DNA from: Lingula anatina
Lineage: Eukaryota; Animalia; Brachiopoda
Assembly: GCA_051362555.1 (NCBI GenBank)
Contig: CM120646.1
Location: 11,470,001 to 11,534,000, forward strand
Length of the DNA: 64,000 nucleotides
Direction: 5' to 3'
In this document: piece after piece, positions 61,830 to 64,000 of the stretch
Layout: each line of letters opens with the position of its first letter
Position numbering within the stretch: the stretch's first letter is position 1
Program-made: the position numbers and the translations under genes
Notes under the pieces: generated by a model
Databases searched by the model: none
What the model saw: only the letters and a program-made list of their open reading frames with translations
Told to the model about the DNA's origin: nothing

Positions 61830-64000
61830 CATTATATACTGATATTAAGACCAGTTTCATTATTTTTCATTCAACCCGGCTTTATAAAAAAATCACTATA
61901 TGAATTAGCATAGTATTTCCTATAGGTTCCTATAGAAATTCCTGTAAGATTTCCTATAGGATCCTATAGGAATTTTTGTAATGGTCTGAAAATATATTAA
62001 AAATTATATACTGATATTTAGACCAGTTTCATTATTTTTCATATAACCTGGCCTTATAAAAATTCCCTATATGAATTAGCATAGGATTTCCTATACGTTC
62101 CTATAGAAATTCCTATTAGATTTCCTATAGGATCCTATAAGAATTTTTGTAATGGTATGAACATAAATAAAAAATAAAAATTATATACTAATATTTAGAC
62201 TAGATTCATTATTTTTATTCAACCAGCCCTTATAAAAATTCCCTGTATGAATAAGCATAGGATTTCCTATAGGTTCCTATAGAAATTCCTATAAGATTTC
62301 CTATAGGATCCTATAGGAATTTTTGTAATGTTCTGAACATATATTAAAAATCAAAATAATATACTGATATTTAAACCAGATTCATTATTTTTCATTCAAC
62401 CCGCCCTTATAAAAATTCCTTATATGAATTAGCATAGGGTTTCCTATAGGTTCCAATAGAAAATCCTATAAGATTCCCTACAGGTTCCTATAGAAATTCC
62501 TATAAGATTTCCTATAGGATCCTATAGGAATTTTTGTAATGGTCTGAAAATATATTAAAAATTATATACTGATATTTAGACCAGTTTCATTATTTTTCAT
62601 ATAACCTGGCCTTATAAAAATTCCCTATATGAATTAGCATAGGATTTCCTATACGTTCCTATAGAAATTCCTATTAGATTTCCTATAGGATCCTATAGGA
62701 ATTTTTGTAATGGTATGAACATAAATAAAAAATAAAAATTATATACTAATATTTAGACTAGATTCATTATTTTTATTCAACCAGCCCTTATAAAAATTCC
62801 CTGTATGAATAAGCATAGGATTTCCTATAGGTTCCTATAGAAATTCCTATAAGATTTCCTATAGGATCCTATAGGAATTTTTGTAATGTTCTGAACATAT
62901 ATTAAAAATCAAAATAATATACTGATATTTAAACCAGATTCATTATTTTTCATTCAACCCGCCCTTATAAAAATTCCTTATATGAATTAGCATAGGGTTT
63001 CCTATAGGTTCCAATAGAAAATCCTATAAGATTCCCTACAGGTTCCTATAGAAATTCCTATAAGATTTCCTATAGGATCCTATAGGAATTTTTGTAATGG
63101 TCTGAACATAAATTAAAAATTATATACTGATATTTAGACCAGTTTCATTATTTTTCATATAACCTGGCCTTATAAAAATTCCCTATATGAATTAGCATAG
63201 GATTTCCTATACGTTCCTATAGAAATTCCTATTAGATTTCCTATAGGATCCTATAGGAATTTTTGTAATGGTATGAACATAAATAAAAAATAAAAATTAT
63301 ATACTAATATTTAGACTAGATTCATTATTTTTATTCAACCAGCCCTTATAAAAATTCCCTGTATGAATAAGCATAGGATTTCCTATAGGTTCCTATAGAA
63401 ATTCCTATAAGATTTCCTATAGGATCCTATAGGAATTTTTGTAATGTTCTGAACATATATTAAAAATCAAAATAATATACTGATATTTAAACCAGATTCA
63501 TTATTTTTCATTCAACCCGCCCTTATAAAAATTCCTTATATGAATTAGCATAGGGTTTCCTATAGGTTCCAATAGAAAATCCTATAAGATTCCCTACAGG
63601 TTCCTATAGAAATTCCTATAAGATTTCCTATAGGATCCTATAGGAATTTTTGTAATGGTCTGAACATAAATTAAAAATTATATACTGATATTTAGACCAG
63701 TTTCATTATTTTTCATATAACCTGGCCTTATAAAAATTCCCTATATGAATTAGCATAGGATTTCCTATACGTTCCTATAGAAATTCCTATTAGATTTCCT
63801 ATAGGATCCTATAGGAATTTTTGTAATGGTATGAACATAAATAAAAAATAAAAATTATATACTAATATTTAGACTAGATTCATTATTTTTATTCAACCAG
63901 CCCTTATAAAAATTCCCTGTATGAATAAGCATAGGATTTCCTATAGGTTCCTATAGAAATTCCTATAAGATTTCCTATAGGATCCTATAGGAATTTTTGT
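61830..64000. repeat. Satellite array with a 558-bp higher-order repeat of three ~176-205-bp monomers; runs off the window end
   Basis: The same landmark recurs at 62023, 62581, 63139 and 63697 (558-bp period). Monomers are built from ~11-bp CCTATAG sub-repeats. Confidence 0.95.

Noticed and set aside
61830-64000. CRISPR-like array of palindromic repeats
   Set aside because: The intervening sequences repeat with a 558-bp period rather than being unique spacers, there are no cas genes, and the context is eukaryotic.

Overview
AT-rich, intron-containing animal DNA, probably from a marine invertebrate (the repeat types resemble those of molluscs; the taxon is inferred). The core is a head-to-tail (+ strand) cluster of immunoglobulin-superfamily type I membrane receptor genes built from phase-1 exons: signal peptide / atypical V-like Ig / C2-like Ig / stalk+TM / cytoplasmic tail. 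I reconstruct gene A (5' end outside the window), complete genes B, D and E, a decapitated pseudogene C, and the first exon of gene F. B+C and D+E lie in two copies of a segmental duplication (~6.0-30.9 kb vs ~40.2-56.3 kb). The V domains have Trp at the expected B-strand Cys position. B and D have ~99% identical V exons but divergent C2, TM (Glu in D) and tails, which is a paired-receptor / gene-conversion signature. The rest is mostly transposable elements: a full-length L1/Tx1 LINE with TSD, Tc1 elements, a young non-autonomous Gypsy LTR element with a tRNA-Lys PBS, HINE/pearl-like elements, and piggyBac-, Harbinger/Zator- and hAT-like MITEs. The window ends in a 558-bp higher-order palindromic satellite. 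All gene models are manual and lack transcript evidence.
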